Position numbers and translations under genes: made by a program
Shown: positions 1 through 8,337 of the stretch, in pieces
Position numbering within the stretch: the first letter of the stretch is position 1
How the letters are laid out: the number at the start of each line of letters is the position of its first letter
IMG/VR virus record: IMGVR_UViG_3300037092_000074
DNA: 64,000 bases
Strand: one strand, 5' to 3'
Source: an uncultured virus (IMG/VR IMGVR_UViG_3300037092_000074)
Lineage: Duplodnaviria > Heunggongvirae > Uroviricota > Caudoviricetes
Notes under the pieces: model-generated
Told to the model about the DNA's origin: nothing
The model's input: the letters and a program-made list of their open reading frames with translations, nothing else
Database searches by the model: none

Positions 1-66
1 CCGCTCTCCGGCTTTCTCATCCCTAGCTTGAGATAGGGCAAAGGTGCGTTACGGCCTTGAGGCCGG

Positions 67-255
67 TTACGTCTTGATCTTGCGTCGTGAGGTTCGCATG
101 GAGAGCAGCCTTGCAATATCCTCCATGAGGTCAGGGAAAAGTGGCCCTAGTTCTCGCAAGTCACGATCATCGAAAACTCCGGCAATTCTCGCCGCTATTG
201 CGTTTAAAATCCGAGTGTCTGACATTTTCTTGCGCCCCCTTGCGCCGTGATACAT
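67..255 (-). CDS. hypothetical protein
   Basis: Short ORF co-oriented with neighbours; TTGACA-N17-TAACGT upstream on the minus strand. Confidence 0.45.
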   Translation of the reverse strand: MYHGARGRKKMSDTRILNAIAARIAGVFDDRDLRELGPLFPDLMEDIARLLSMRTSRRKIKT

Positions 256-515
256 CTTGATTGACGTTACACCTAACGATCAAACGTGTCAAGTGCTGAT
301 TGTGGAAAAGTCCATTACCCGGACTCAGTATCCGAGGCGAAGATGTGACCGTTTGAAATCCACGCCCGGAAACCGTGCTGCCGGATGATTACTACCAGTC
401 TTGTCTTGCTCATTGTGTTCCTTTCTATGCGTATCGGCTTGAAACGATACCGCCGCATTAAACGGGTTCCTCCAAACCCGTCACTCTGCGATTGTCCATT
501 ATCCGGACAGGTTTA

Positions 516-1223
516 CTAGCGAAAGATAGCGCCCAAAGTGCCGTTGCCGCCTGCCGCCGCGATCTTCATTCCAACGGCCATTCCCTCGTTATAAGGCCGT
601 TCACTGGCGATAGTTGCCAGCGCGTCTAAACCGTCAGGCCGAAAAACAGGCCGCACACTGTACCCGTTTGCCGCGACAAAAATGCCTACGTGGTCGCACA
701 GTTCCAGACTCTTGCTGGCGACTTTGCAAAGTTGCGTACTCCGGTGCGATCTTACATCGGCAATCACTGAGTCATCGGAGGCTGAGAACGAGCGGCCATA
801 ATCTGTGCAAGAGTAAACGCAGTTCCAGCCCAACAACTCCTCGCCGTAGGTCAGGTTCCGGTTATGCCGATACACTTTGAACGGCAAGGCCAGATACATT
901 TCATCCGGCATGGTATCACATGAATTTTCAGGCACTTGCGCCGTACCGTTGCAAGCCGAGCAGGTTACGCTCTCTGTCTTACTGTAAGCAGTGCCAAAAC
1001 CGTAGCATTTTTTGCATCCACGAGCGCCGCCCTTTGGTCCGCGTCCTGTTCCATTGCAAACCGGGCAGGATACTGTTTTTGCAACTAATCCGGGGGTGCC
1101 GCGCCAAGTGCAAGAACATTCTTTCAAGCCCAAGACCACTTTGTTTCCAATCCGTTCCATACATCCTCCAATGCCGTGAGATAAAATGCCGGTATGAATG
1201 GCCAGTTTACCGGGACCGGCCAA
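516..1223 (-). CDS. DnaJ-type CxxCxGxG zinc-finger protein
   Basis: CPVCNGTG, CKKCYGFG and CSACNGT repeats; true start may be the internal Met near 1160. Confidence 0.65.
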   Translation of the reverse strand: MAGPGKLAIHTGILSHGIGGCMERIGNKVVLGLKECSCTWRGTPGLVAKTVSCPVCNGTGRGPKGGARGCKKCYGFGTAYSKTESVTCSACNGTAQVPENSCDTMPDEMYLALPFKVYRHNRNLTYGEELLGWNCVYSCTDYGRSFSASDDSVIADVRSHRSTQLCKVASKSLELCDHVGIFVAANGYSVRPVFRPDGLDALATIASERPYNEGMAVGMKIAAAGGNGTLGAIFR

Positions 1224-1232
1224 CCCGCTAGA

Positions 1233-1487
1233 TCAATCCGTGATAAAAACGTGGGATTCAGGCACGACCACGACCAGCACAGACTGTTGCCTGTTAGCCG
1301 TGCGAATTGTCCGAGCAATTGCCGTAACGGTAGAGGCCGGAACGTCGATTAGTTCGATGATCAGCGAATCTTCAAGCTGGCCCTTCCACGAGCCGATAGC
1401 TTCGATGATGGTGTACCCTGTGACGTGAGAATCGAGAATAGCGCGAACTGCCGCCGGGTTTACGTCTTCGGTGTAGATGCGATACAT
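1233..1487 (-). CDS. probable phage SAM lyase (T3 SAMase/Svi3-3-like, DUF3574-like fold)
   Basis: Pattern GYTIIEAIGSWKGQLEDSLIIE...AIARTIRTANRQQSVLVV resembles phage SAM lyases; ATG at 1487 preceded by AAGGA. Confidence 0.6.
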   Translation of the reverse strand: MYRIYTEDVNPAAVRAILDSHVTGYTIIEAIGSWKGQLEDSLIIELIDVPASTVTAIARTIRTANRQQSVLVVVVPESHVFITD

Positions 1488-1649
1488 GGGTTTTTCCTTT
1501 CGCCGTGAGATTGAATTCCTAGCAATCAACGTGTTACGGTAAACCCTGAGCCGTTCCAGGCCAACTTTGCCGCCCATCCGGGCCAGGGTAGATTGATAAT
1601 GCTGGTATGAATTCCCGCGATCACCGGAACGGGCAGTCCGGTTAATGGA

Positions 1650-1844
1650 CTAGCGTGTAACCAATCCGGCTTCGATCAGGTTCGCGGCCATTCTGCCGTA
1701 GCAGCCTTGCAACTGCCAGGCCAGGCCGGAATTCACAAGTGATTGAAACAGTTCAATCGTGCCGTCTTCATCCAGGTCGCCTTGCTCCCAGGCGATCATA
1801 GCGTTAAGCTGGTCCATGATAAACCCTTTCCTGTCCCTTGCCAT
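1650..1844 (-). CDS. conserved small phage protein
   Basis: IAWEQGDL..ELFQ.LV.SGLAWQLQG.YGRMA..LIEAG pattern typical of a small phage family; stop codon overlaps the 15-bp motif. Confidence 0.7.
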   Translation of the reverse strand: MARDRKGFIMDQLNAMIAWEQGDLDEDGTIELFQSLVNSGLAWQLQGCYGRMAANLIEAGLVTR

Positions 1845-1907
1845 GAGGTAGAAAACTCACTGGGACACTTTCCTGTATGCCGTGAATCGTCACGGCGCGG
1901 TGAAAGT

Positions 1908-2114
1908 CTAGCGATTGAGCCAGTATGCGTCTGTATCCTCAACTGAGAACAGCCAACCGTTTACGTTGACAAACTCCTGCCCGTCTGTATCCCAAGCCCG
2001 GAACGTATCATCAAAGTCTGTATCTGGCTTGACGAGCAAAAACAGGTCCATCGCTGCATTGGAAGCAACCACTTCCCGCGTGAATCCTTGTAATACCGCT
2101 GCATTGTCGCTCAT
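1908..2114 (-). CDS. hypothetical protein
   Basis: ATG with GGGGGA SD, acidic protein-like composition. Confidence 0.65.
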   Translation of the reverse strand: MSDNAAVLQGFTREVVASNAAMDLFLLVKPDTDFDDTFRAWDTDGQEFVNVNGWLFSVEDTDAYWLNR

Positions 2115-2441
2115 TGTTTTGTCCCCCTGTCCTGCTGCTCAACTGCTTACATATTCGAGACTGCGCCTATTCTCGAAACGTGTCAAGCGGTATTTTAGTC
2201 CCAGCCTGTGCAAAACTCAATTCCAGTCAATGAATACGCGGTGAATAATTATTTTATTCTTGTCTGAAAACAGTCCGGCTAATGGACTGTGCTACATATT
2301 CCCGGAGAATCCGCTCTATAGTGAATAGAGGCCAGCATACGCGCTAAGCACGCTCTGTGCTATCTGTCATTCGACGCCCATCTGCAATAGATGTACTGGC
2401 CTCCCACATTTCAGACCTAACAGGATACGCTGATCTAGCCT

Positions 2442-2627
2442 ATGCCCAGCCCGTCACATACTATCGCTAAACGGCTGCAACGCGCTCTAATACAGTTGAT
2501 AGAGGGAAGCGAGGCAACAGTGAAGGAAAAGCTGGAAGCAACTGATAAGCTATTGAAGGCGAAGACGTTTAATCCTGTCCGGTATAAGCCGAGTAAGAAG
2601 TCGCCGCCAGTGTTAGGGACTAGGTAA
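2442..2627 (+). CDS. hypothetical basic protein
   Basis: 61-aa ORF with helical, Lys-rich composition. Confidence 0.4.
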   Translation: MPSPSHTIAKRLQRALIQLIEGSEATVKEKLEATDKLLKAKTFNPVRYKPSKKSPPVLGTR

Positions 2628-2754
2628 ACTGCGACCTGTATCAATCTAAGGGGATTACATGGCCGAAGCCCTTGTCTAAATGTAAAGCAAACTTGACATA
2701 AATCAGGCTGGTAATCCTTAGAGTGCAATGCACGCATTGTGATCTTATCTTTAT

Positions 2755-3039
2755 AATCAATAACTTACGAGTAGACTGTGACTCAGACGTGACAAGAGCA
2801 GCCAAGATCAGCTATCCCAAGAGCTAGAATAGTAGAAGAGAACGAGGGATAGAGTGTTTAGAATCAAGTACATAGGGGACCCAAGTGAACGGTTGGACCG
2901 GGGGTGGCGGTGTCCCCCTAGGGTCTGCTGTGAGGTGGCTACGTGACCTAGTAACCCTCTTCTTCTTTTCGGAAACAGAGATTTCTCAAGAAATGTTGAT
3001 TAAGTAGTAAACATCTCTTTCTTTGGAATCAACAACTTA
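2755..3039. promoter_or_regulatory. IHF-consensus sites (WATCAANNNNTTR) in AT-rich divergent intergenic region
   Basis: AATCAATAACTTA 2755-2767 and AATCAACAACTTA 3027-3039; similar sites at 1524 and 13025. Confidence 0.45.
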
Positions 3040-3116
3040 GTTTACCCCCCTCCACCACACGGATACAGGACTTATTGTTGATTAAATAATCAACACCCCA
3101 GCAGAAAGGAACCAAC

Positions 3117-3611
3117 TTGACAGGCTTCACTCCCCAACAGATAGCGGGTCAATGCCGAACCTCGGGACCAAGTCTGATCGGGCTCCCCCCGGGAATAGAC
3201 GGCACACAACTCTTGTGGGCTATGAGCGGGAATGAATCGAGCTTCGGTGTGAATTGTACCCCCAGGCACGAACCTGCTTTTGACTTGGGCGGTGTTTATG
3301 GTTCGGGCCCGGTAATGGCCCCGCTTCTGAAGAAGTACGGTTCAGCCGCCGCCTGCTCGTATGGTCCCTGGCAGATAATGTTCTGCAACTGTCCCCCCGG
3401 GTTTTCACCAACGGACTTATCCGATCTCAAATTGGCGGCCCGGGCGACCGTTCTGTTCCTGGAGAAACTACTGACCCACTGGCACCCTTCGAACCTAGCG
3501 GGAATCGGCGAGTGTTGGAACGCCGGACATCCGATGGTGAATCTTTCCCCCGGGGTTGCTTCCTACGTTCAGAAACTGACGGCCAACTACCAAGTCGCAA
3601 TACCGGAGTAA
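3117..3611 (+). CDS. lysozyme-like/lytic transglycosylase (possible endolysin)
   Basis: ESSFG catalytic-Glu motif, SYGPWQIM, WNAG; TTG start after AAAGGA. Confidence 0.7.
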   Translation: MTGFTPQQIAGQCRTSGPSLIGLPPGIDGTQLLWAMSGNESSFGVNCTPRHEPAFDLGGVYGSGPVMAPLLKKYGSAAACSYGPWQIMFCNCPPGFSPTDLSDLKLAARATVLFLEKLLTHWHPSNLAGIGECWNAGHPMVNLSPGVASYVQKLTANYQVAIPE

Positions 3612-3617
3612 TGTAAT

Positions 3618-3800
3618 ATGCTCTTAGTCTCCCTGTTGATTGTTTATGCCGCCGGTTGTGCCGTGTCTTTCTCTGTGATGACGGACGGCATTAAGATGGA
3701 TTGTTTATGGTTTTGGCCCCCCGCTCTCTGGGCTTTGCTATGGCCTGTGTTTCTGATTCTCTGGGTGGCCTTTTTCTTGGGCCGTTGTTTTAGCAAGTAG
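3618..3800 (+). CDS. small membrane protein
   Basis: Two hydrophobic segments; GGAG SD. Confidence 0.6.
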   Translation: MLLVSLLIVYAAGCAVSFSVMTDGIKMDCLWFWPPALWALLWPVFLILWVAFFLGRCFSK

Positions 3801-3807
3801 GAGACTG

Positions 3808-4122
3808 ATGCCTAAGCCCGTTCCGATGCCGAGCAGCGTTAAGGTTGGGCCGCATGTCTACCCCATCATTCGAAAACCAAAGTCCGCCATGTCCGACCAC
3901 GGTCTTTGTGATTGGAACGAAGTACAAATCATTATTCAGTCGGGGCTCCGGCGCTCCAAAGCCAAAGAAGTTCTTTTACACGAAGTTCTCCACGCCTGTA
4001 CATACCCGATAATGGCTTCCGTTCAGAACAAGACGGATGAAGATTTCGTGGATGTAACGGCCCCCGCCCTTTTGCAGGTTTTGGGAGACAACCCGGAGTT
4101 GGTGGAGTATTTGACGAAATGA
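3808..4122 (+). CDS. HExxH metallopeptidase-like phage protein
   Basis: LLHEVLHA; AGGAG SD. Confidence 0.7.
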   Translation: MPKPVPMPSSVKVGPHVYPIIRKPKSAMSDHGLCDWNEVQIIIQSGLRRSKAKEVLLHEVLHACTYPIMASVQNKTDEDFVDVTAPALLQVLGDNPELVEYLTK

Positions 4123-4472
4123 AGGAAAAACCGCCGACCCCAAAAGAACTCTACCATCTTCTAAACTCTCGGTACTTCGGGAACCGGCTACCAAAAGACC
4201 TTCGCGTCGGCTTCGACAAAAGATCGTTCGCGGGAGGAAGAGCCAGAATGGTCTTGGGGAGTACCTGGTCCGACCACGAAACGGGGCGACCTGTCCGGAT
4301 TAGCCTCAACCCTCTGTACCGAAAGCAGTCCCGGATTTGGATTGGGACCCTGCTTCACGAAATGGTGCATGTCCAACAGTGGCGAGTTCCCGAGAAACAA
4401 GCACACGGGCGCAAGTTCCAAAAAAGGATGAAGCAATTGGCCGCCCTCGGGGCCTTCAATGGGTTGTGGTAA
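4119..4472 (+). CDS. SprT-like zinc metalloprotease
   Basis: LN..YF...LP, TLLHEMVH, HGRKF. Confidence 0.8.
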   Translation: MKEKPPTPKELYHLLNSRYFGNRLPKDLRVGFDKRSFAGGRARMVLGSTWSDHETGRPVRISLNPLYRKQSRIWIGTLLHEMVHVQQWRVPEKQAHGRKFQKRMKQLAALGAFNGLW

Positions 4473-4571
4473 TCGTTCCGTCTTGGAACTAAAATGACAG
4501 TCCGGAAATGGACAAAGTGTTGTACGGTCTTCGTAGAATAACAACGACCACTACGAGACGGAAGGAAAACA

Positions 4572-5021
4572 ATGCAAATAGGAAAAGGTAAGCAAGGTGT
4601 TTTAATCGGGGAGTACGGATTCTCTAGGCCGCAAGACAAAAAGACGGATACCGCAGACGGTGGGGGAACCCTGGGGTGGATTGAGCCCGCTTGCGATAAC
4701 CCCCAATGGATTCTGTGGTTCGATCCCAAAGGCGATGCCGTTCTTTATACCGAGCGGGAAACCGGATTAGAATCTAAGTACCACGATCAAGATTGTTTAT
4801 ATCGCAAGGGAGTCAATTACCCCTGTACTTGTGGCGGTCCAAAAGAGGAACACCAAGGGGCTGTGGTTGGAGAGCCGATCCGACTGTTTGCTCGAACGAA
4901 ACTGGAAACCAAACAACAGAAAGAAATTAAACGTCTCAAAGATGAGGTCAAGAGGCTGATGACTTTGGCTCAAAAGCCCCCCAGCCCCGAATCCTCGTCT
5001 AACTCCGCTTTGCAAAAATAA
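4572..5021 (+). CDS. hypothetical protein
   Basis: AAGGA SD, 149-aa ORF. Confidence 0.65.
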   Translation: MQIGKGKQGVLIGEYGFSRPQDKKTDTADGGGTLGWIEPACDNPQWILWFDPKGDAVLYTERETGLESKYHDQDCLYRKGVNYPCTCGGPKEEHQGAVVGEPIRLFARTKLETKQQKEIKRLKDEVKRLMTLAQKPPSPESSSNSALQK

Positions 5022-5024
5022 TTG

Positions 5025-5052
5025 TTGCACGTGGAACAATCTGTGGTATAAT
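5025..5052 (+). promoter_or_regulatory. sigma70-like promoter
   Basis: TTGCAC-N16-TATAAT with extended -10 TG. Confidence 0.5.
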
Positions 5053-5132
5053 GGTTTTATGAGTGGATACAGTCCGGTTCCGTTTCGTTCGGTAAAGCCC
5101 CCCAAATTCGATGCACCGTTCTGGTGTAGGAT

Positions 5133-5750
5133 ATGGGGTCACAAATGGTTCGAGTGCTCCGACGGTTGGTGCTGCTGGAGATGTCTACAAACGCGGGAGT
5201 TACTCCCATGTCGATGATCAACAAAGCCGTTCTCGTACTCAATGCTTCGTTCGAACCCGTGTCCATCTGTCGGGCCAAGAACGCGATCAAGCTCCTGGTC
5301 AAAGGGTCGGCAGTCGCGGAAGAGGATTATGGGGTCGATGTCTACCCGGGAATTCCACTTCCGTGTGTCATCCGGTTGCGGAACTACAAAAAAATACCGA
5401 TCAGGATCAACCAGCTTACGCGCCCCAACATCTATGCACGCGACCATTACCTTTGTCAGTATTGCGGGGCGAAAGAAGGATCAACCCGGATCATCAACGG
5501 GAAGCCGGTCAAGGTTATTCTGACTTTAGACCACATTCTTCCCTCGTCCCGGGGTGGTCCCTGGGTCTGGGATAATTTGGCGTCGGCCTGCCGGGAATGT
5601 AACCGAAAGAAGGGCGACCGGACACCAGAAGAAGCGGGCATGAAGCTGCTGCACGTTCCTGGCCGGTTGACCATACACACAAGCCGAATGTTGTTGAGAC
5701 TTGTGGGGCTGGAAGAGGACGCTCGGTGGGCCCCTTACTTATTTGCTTGA
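5133..5750 (+). CDS. HNH endonuclease (McrA-like, VLVLNAS family)
   Basis: VLVLNASFEP, RDHYLCQYCG, TLDHILPSSRGG..WDNLASACRECNRKKG; true start probably near 5208. Confidence 0.9.
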   Translation: MGSQMVRVLRRLVLLEMSTNAGVTPMSMINKAVLVLNASFEPVSICRAKNAIKLLVKGSAVAEEDYGVDVYPGIPLPCVIRLRNYKKIPIRINQLTRPNIYARDHYLCQYCGAKEGSTRIINGKPVKVILTLDHILPSSRGGPWVWDNLASACRECNRKKGDRTPEEAGMKLLHVPGRLTIHTSRMLLRLVGLEEDARWAPYLFA

Positions 5751-5776
5751 CAAGCAAAACCCTCCGGTAGTACAAT
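5747..5776 (+). promoter_or_regulatory. sigma70-like promoter upstream of the RNA array
   Basis: TTGACA-N18-TACAAT. Confidence 0.65.
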
Positions 5777-6141
5777 GATTTTGGTGGTAGAAAAGCTCTC
5801 CCTTTTCCTGGTATAGACGGAGTCGAAAGACACTAGGGAGCCGTCCTCGAAAGAAAGCCAGGTGGAGATTGCCGGTCTTAAAAACTCCCCGGCAAGTTTC
5901 GTCCAGTTAATGGACAGCAAGTAATACGTGACGTTGGGGTGCATCTGGCGCTTGCTTAATAGACCCAATGGGATCAGGCGGTTGAGTCCGAAGGGCTGTG
6001 GATAGGCCAGCCACAACTCTCTGACCATCTCCCCCGGGGAGGGAGTCCGGTAAAAATCCGGCGCGTTATGCTGAGGACTGCGGGACCTACGGCCTGTAGT
6101 TGAAACCTGGATCGGTTAAGCAGGGGATCAGTTAAGAATTT

Positions 6142-6218
6142 GCGGGCGTGATGCAACAGGAAGACATCTGAGGCTTAAACCCTCGGTTCTACCGGCTCGA
6201 ATCCGGTCGCCCGCACCA
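6142..6218 (+). tRNA. tRNA-Leu(TAA), short variable loop
   Basis: GCGGGCG/CGCCCGC acceptor, loop CT-TAA-AC, ACCA end. Confidence 0.85.
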
Positions 6219-6219
6219 C

Positions 6220-6295
6220 GGTCGAGTAGCTAAGACGGTAAAGCGACAGTCTGCAAAACTGTTAATCGTCGGTTCGATTCCGATCTCGACCTCCA
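6220..6295 (+). tRNA. tRNA-Cys(GCA)
   Basis: Cloverleaf, ACAGT-CTGCAAA-ACTGT, U73, CCA. Confidence 0.93.
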
Positions 6296-6307
6296 AGTTT
6301 AAGTTGT

Positions 6308-6390
6308 GCAGGTATGGCGTAATTGGCAGCCGCGCTGGTTTTAGAAACCAGTCTCTAGGGGTGGGGGTTCGACTCCCTCTACCTGCACCA
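6308..6390 (+). tRNA. tRNA-Leu(TAG)
   Basis: CTGGT-TTTAGAA-ACCAG, TTCGA, ACCA. Confidence 0.92.
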
Positions 6391-6396
6391 AGTTTT

Positions 6397-6479
6397 GCCG
6401 ATGTGGTGTAATTGGAAGCCACGCTAGATTCAAAACCTAGTCCTTCGGGGTAGGGGTTCGATCCCCCTCATCGGCACCA
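6397..6479 (+). tRNA. tRNA-Leu(CAA)
   Basis: Loop TT-CAA-AA, small variable arm, ACCA. Confidence 0.9.
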
Positions 6480-6608
6480 AATGTTGTGGGTGTCAACTCC
6501 CACTGATGACCATAAAGCAAAGTAGCCCTGCCGAAGACAAACTGTCGGTAAGTTGGTCAGAGATTGTCAACTCCTTCAACTCTGAAACAAGAGGGACGTA
6601 AGTTTCAC

Positions 6609-6694
6609 GGATCGTGGCCGGGACGGTAACGGAGCAGTTTGCTAAACTGTACAACCGAAAGGTTGAGCTTGTTCGACTCAAGCACGATCCGCCA
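6609..6694 (+). tRNA. tRNA-Ser(GCT)
   Basis: GCAGT-TTGCTAA-ACTGT, long variable arm, GCCA. Confidence 0.92.
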
Positions 6695-6738
6695 ATGTCA
6701 AGTTTTGTGCAAGGAAAAGTAGGTAGTTTTTCCTTAAT

Positions 6739-6824
6739 GGAAAGTAAACCCGGCGGGGCTGGGCACTGGCCGGAAACCAGTTGGGTCCTTCGGGACTGTG
6801 GATCGTGTTCACTGCTTTCCTCCA
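6739..6824 (+). tRNA. tRNA-Ser(GGA)-like, 8/4 fold
   Basis: 8-bp acceptor, 4-bp T stem, long D stem and variable arm, loop CC-GGA-AA, TCCA. Confidence 0.8.
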
Positions 6825-6825
6825 C

Positions 6826-6913
6826 GGACGGGTGGCAGAGTGCTTTATCGCGCTGGTCCCGAAAACCAGTACACCTTCGGGTGTCGTGAGTTGAAATCTC
6901 ACCCCGTCCGCCA
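6826..6913 (+). tRNA. tRNA-Ser(CGA)
   Basis: CTGGT-CCCGAAA-ACCAG, long variable arm, GCCA. Confidence 0.9.
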
Positions 6914-7050
6914 TGTTTGACGTGTGCCGCCGGTCGTCCGCTGTTCCTTATTCCCTTGTCAAAGGGTTGGAATATGATCCGGTTCCCCGAGCCCGGCTGG
7001 CCCTGACAAGCTCAGCAAGGTGTCGCGTAGAAGTCGGGGAGTTAAGTTTT

Positions 7051-7137
7051 GGAAAGCGCCGTCGATGGTGAGACAGCCGGTCCTGAAAACCGGGGCTCCC
7101 GCAAGGGATGAGGGATCGTTACCTTCGCTTTCCGCCA
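7051..7137 (+). tRNA. tRNA-Ser(TGA)
   Basis: CCGGT-CCTGAAA-ACCGG, long variable arm, GCCA. Confidence 0.88.
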
Positions 7138-7138
7138 C

Positions 7139-7222
7139 GCACGTAACGCGCTAAGGTAGCCAGGCTCTCTGTAAAAGAGCCCTCTTCGGGGATAGCAAGT
7201 TCGATTCTTGCTGCGTGCACCA
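7139..7222 (+). tRNA. tRNA-Tyr(GTA)
   Basis: GCTCT-CTGTAAA-AGAGC, variable arm, ACCA. Confidence 0.9.
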
Positions 7223-7303
7223 GTTTCGCACGGTAACATTTTCGATGTTATTGTGCAGTTTTCCACAAGTCCATTATCCGGACTGTGGTACAATGAAGTT
7301 TGA

Positions 7304-7379
7304 CGCCGGGTAGAGAAGCGGCCATCTCGCCATCCTCATAAGTTGGAGACCGGAGGTTCAAGTCCTCCCCTGGCAACCA
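7304..7379 (+). tRNA. tRNA-Met(CAT), initiator-like
   Basis: C1:A72 mismatch, loop CT-CAT-AA, AACCA end. Confidence 0.85.
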
Positions 7380-7383
7380 TTTT

Positions 7384-7459
7384 GCGACGGTAGCATAGCG
7401 GCAAATGTCCTTGATTGTCGATCAAGTTTACAGGGGTTCAAATCCCCTTCGTCGCGCCA
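7384..7459 (+). tRNA. tRNA-Asp(GTC)
   Basis: CTTGA-TTGTCGA-TCAAG, GCCA. Confidence 0.9.
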
Positions 7460-7464
7460 TTTAT

Positions 7465-7542
7465 GGGGTAGTTGGCAAGTTGGTTAAGCCACCACGTTCT
7501 CACCGTGGTTACGCCTCGGTTCGAACCCGAGCTACCCTACCA
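7465..7542 (+). tRNA. tRNA-Glu(CTC)
   Basis: CCACG-TTCTCAC-CGTGG, ACCA. Confidence 0.9.
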
Positions 7543-7546
7543 TTTT

Positions 7547-7627
7547 GTGGGTGTTCACATTGTTGGTGAATGTGCCCTGACTTTCAATCAGGTGATGTCG
7601 CCGGTTCGATTCCGGTCACCCACGCCA
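7547..7627 (+). tRNA. tRNA-Glu(TTC)
   Basis: CCTGA-CTTTCAA-TCAGG, GCCA. Confidence 0.9.
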
Positions 7628-7633
7628 AGTTGT

Positions 7634-7708
7634 TCCACGGTCGTATAATGGTATTATGCCTCGCTGTTAACGAGTAAGATGCGCGTTCGACTCGCGCCTG
7701 TGGAGCCA
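7634..7708 (+). tRNA. tRNA-Asn(GTT)
   Basis: TCC/GGA acceptor, loop CT-GTT-AA, GCCA. Confidence 0.9.
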
Positions 7709-7845
7709 AAATAGTCGTAACGGGCTGCGACTCTAAACACTGTGGCTAAACACCAACGGGTAAAACCTAGCAGCAAGACCTCAAAGAGAGTAGCGGGACT
7801 TACGCGCTTTGAGGCTGGGTTTTATTGAGGACCGCCAAATTTTAA

Positions 7846-7922
7846 TGGACCTTCGCCTAGCAGGTATGGCACTTCGCTCTGAACGAAGACTAAGACAGGT
7901 TCGAGACCTGTAGGTCCAGCCA
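7846..7922 (+). tRNA. tRNA-Gln(CTG)
   Basis: U1-A72, CTTCG-CTCTGAA-CGAAG, GCCA. Confidence 0.9.
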
Positions 7923-7927
7923 GTTTT

Positions 7928-8002
7928 GCCCGAGTCGTTCAACGGTAGGACCGGGGTCTTTGAAGCCCCAGACGCAGCGTTCAACTCGCTCCTCGGGTGC
8001 CA
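7928..8002 (+). tRNA. tRNA-Gln(TTG)
   Basis: GGGGT-CTTTGAA-GCCCC, GCCA. Confidence 0.85.
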
Positions 8003-8006
8003 CATT

Positions 8007-8081
8007 GCGAAGGTCGTACAGCGGCCAGTACCTCGGATTGCCAGTCCGTAGACGCCAGTTCGAGTCTGGTCCTTCGCTCCA
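8007..8081 (+). tRNA. tRNA-Gly(GCC)
   Basis: GCG/CGC acceptor, U73, loop TT-GCC-AG. Confidence 0.9.
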
Positions 8082-8207
8082 TTTTGCCGCAGGAGACGTA
8101 CGCTCCGAGGTTGCCCCCGGCCTACATCGGGGGTTGTAAAAGCCGGGGAAGCATCCGGCCCTCAAGCGGCAATGTTTCGTCCAGGTAATGGACAACATGT
8201 TACATAT

Positions 8208-8241
8208 ATGGGTCGTTAACCGACTTTAGGACCCATATATG
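8208..8241. repeat. 12-bp perfect inverted repeat
   Basis: CATATATGGGTC...GACCCATATATG just after a motif copy (start approximate). Confidence 0.7.
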
Positions 8242-8249
8242 AACCGCAA

Positions 8250-8323
8250 GCCTGGTTAGGTCAGTGCTAGACTTTCGCCTTCGTACCGCGAAGACCGGGG
8301 TTGAATTCCCCGACCGGGCTCCA
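8250..8323 (+). tRNA. tRNA-Thr(CGT)
   Basis: Loop TT-CGT-AC with C:C closing mismatch, TCCA; clustered with other Thr tRNAs. Confidence 0.8.
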
Positions 8324-8337
8324 AGTTAGGAGTAAGC

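Noticed and set aside
6041..6064. Cobalamin riboswitch (GGGAGTCCGGTAAAAATCCGGCGC)
   Set aside because: Only the T-loop hairpin matches; no GCCACTG or B12 box follows and there is no regulated CDS.
6071..6130. Hammerhead ribozyme from CTGAGGA...GAAA
   Set aside because: Extra bases precede GAAA and there is no UH after the putative stem III.
6503..6590. Hammerhead ribozyme from CTGATGA...GAAA
   Set aside because: Bases after CTGATGA do not pair with those before GAAA, so stem II and the cleavage triplet do not form.
7051..7137. Selenocysteine or opal suppressor tRNA
   Set aside because: The anticodon is TGA (reads Ser UCA), not TCA.
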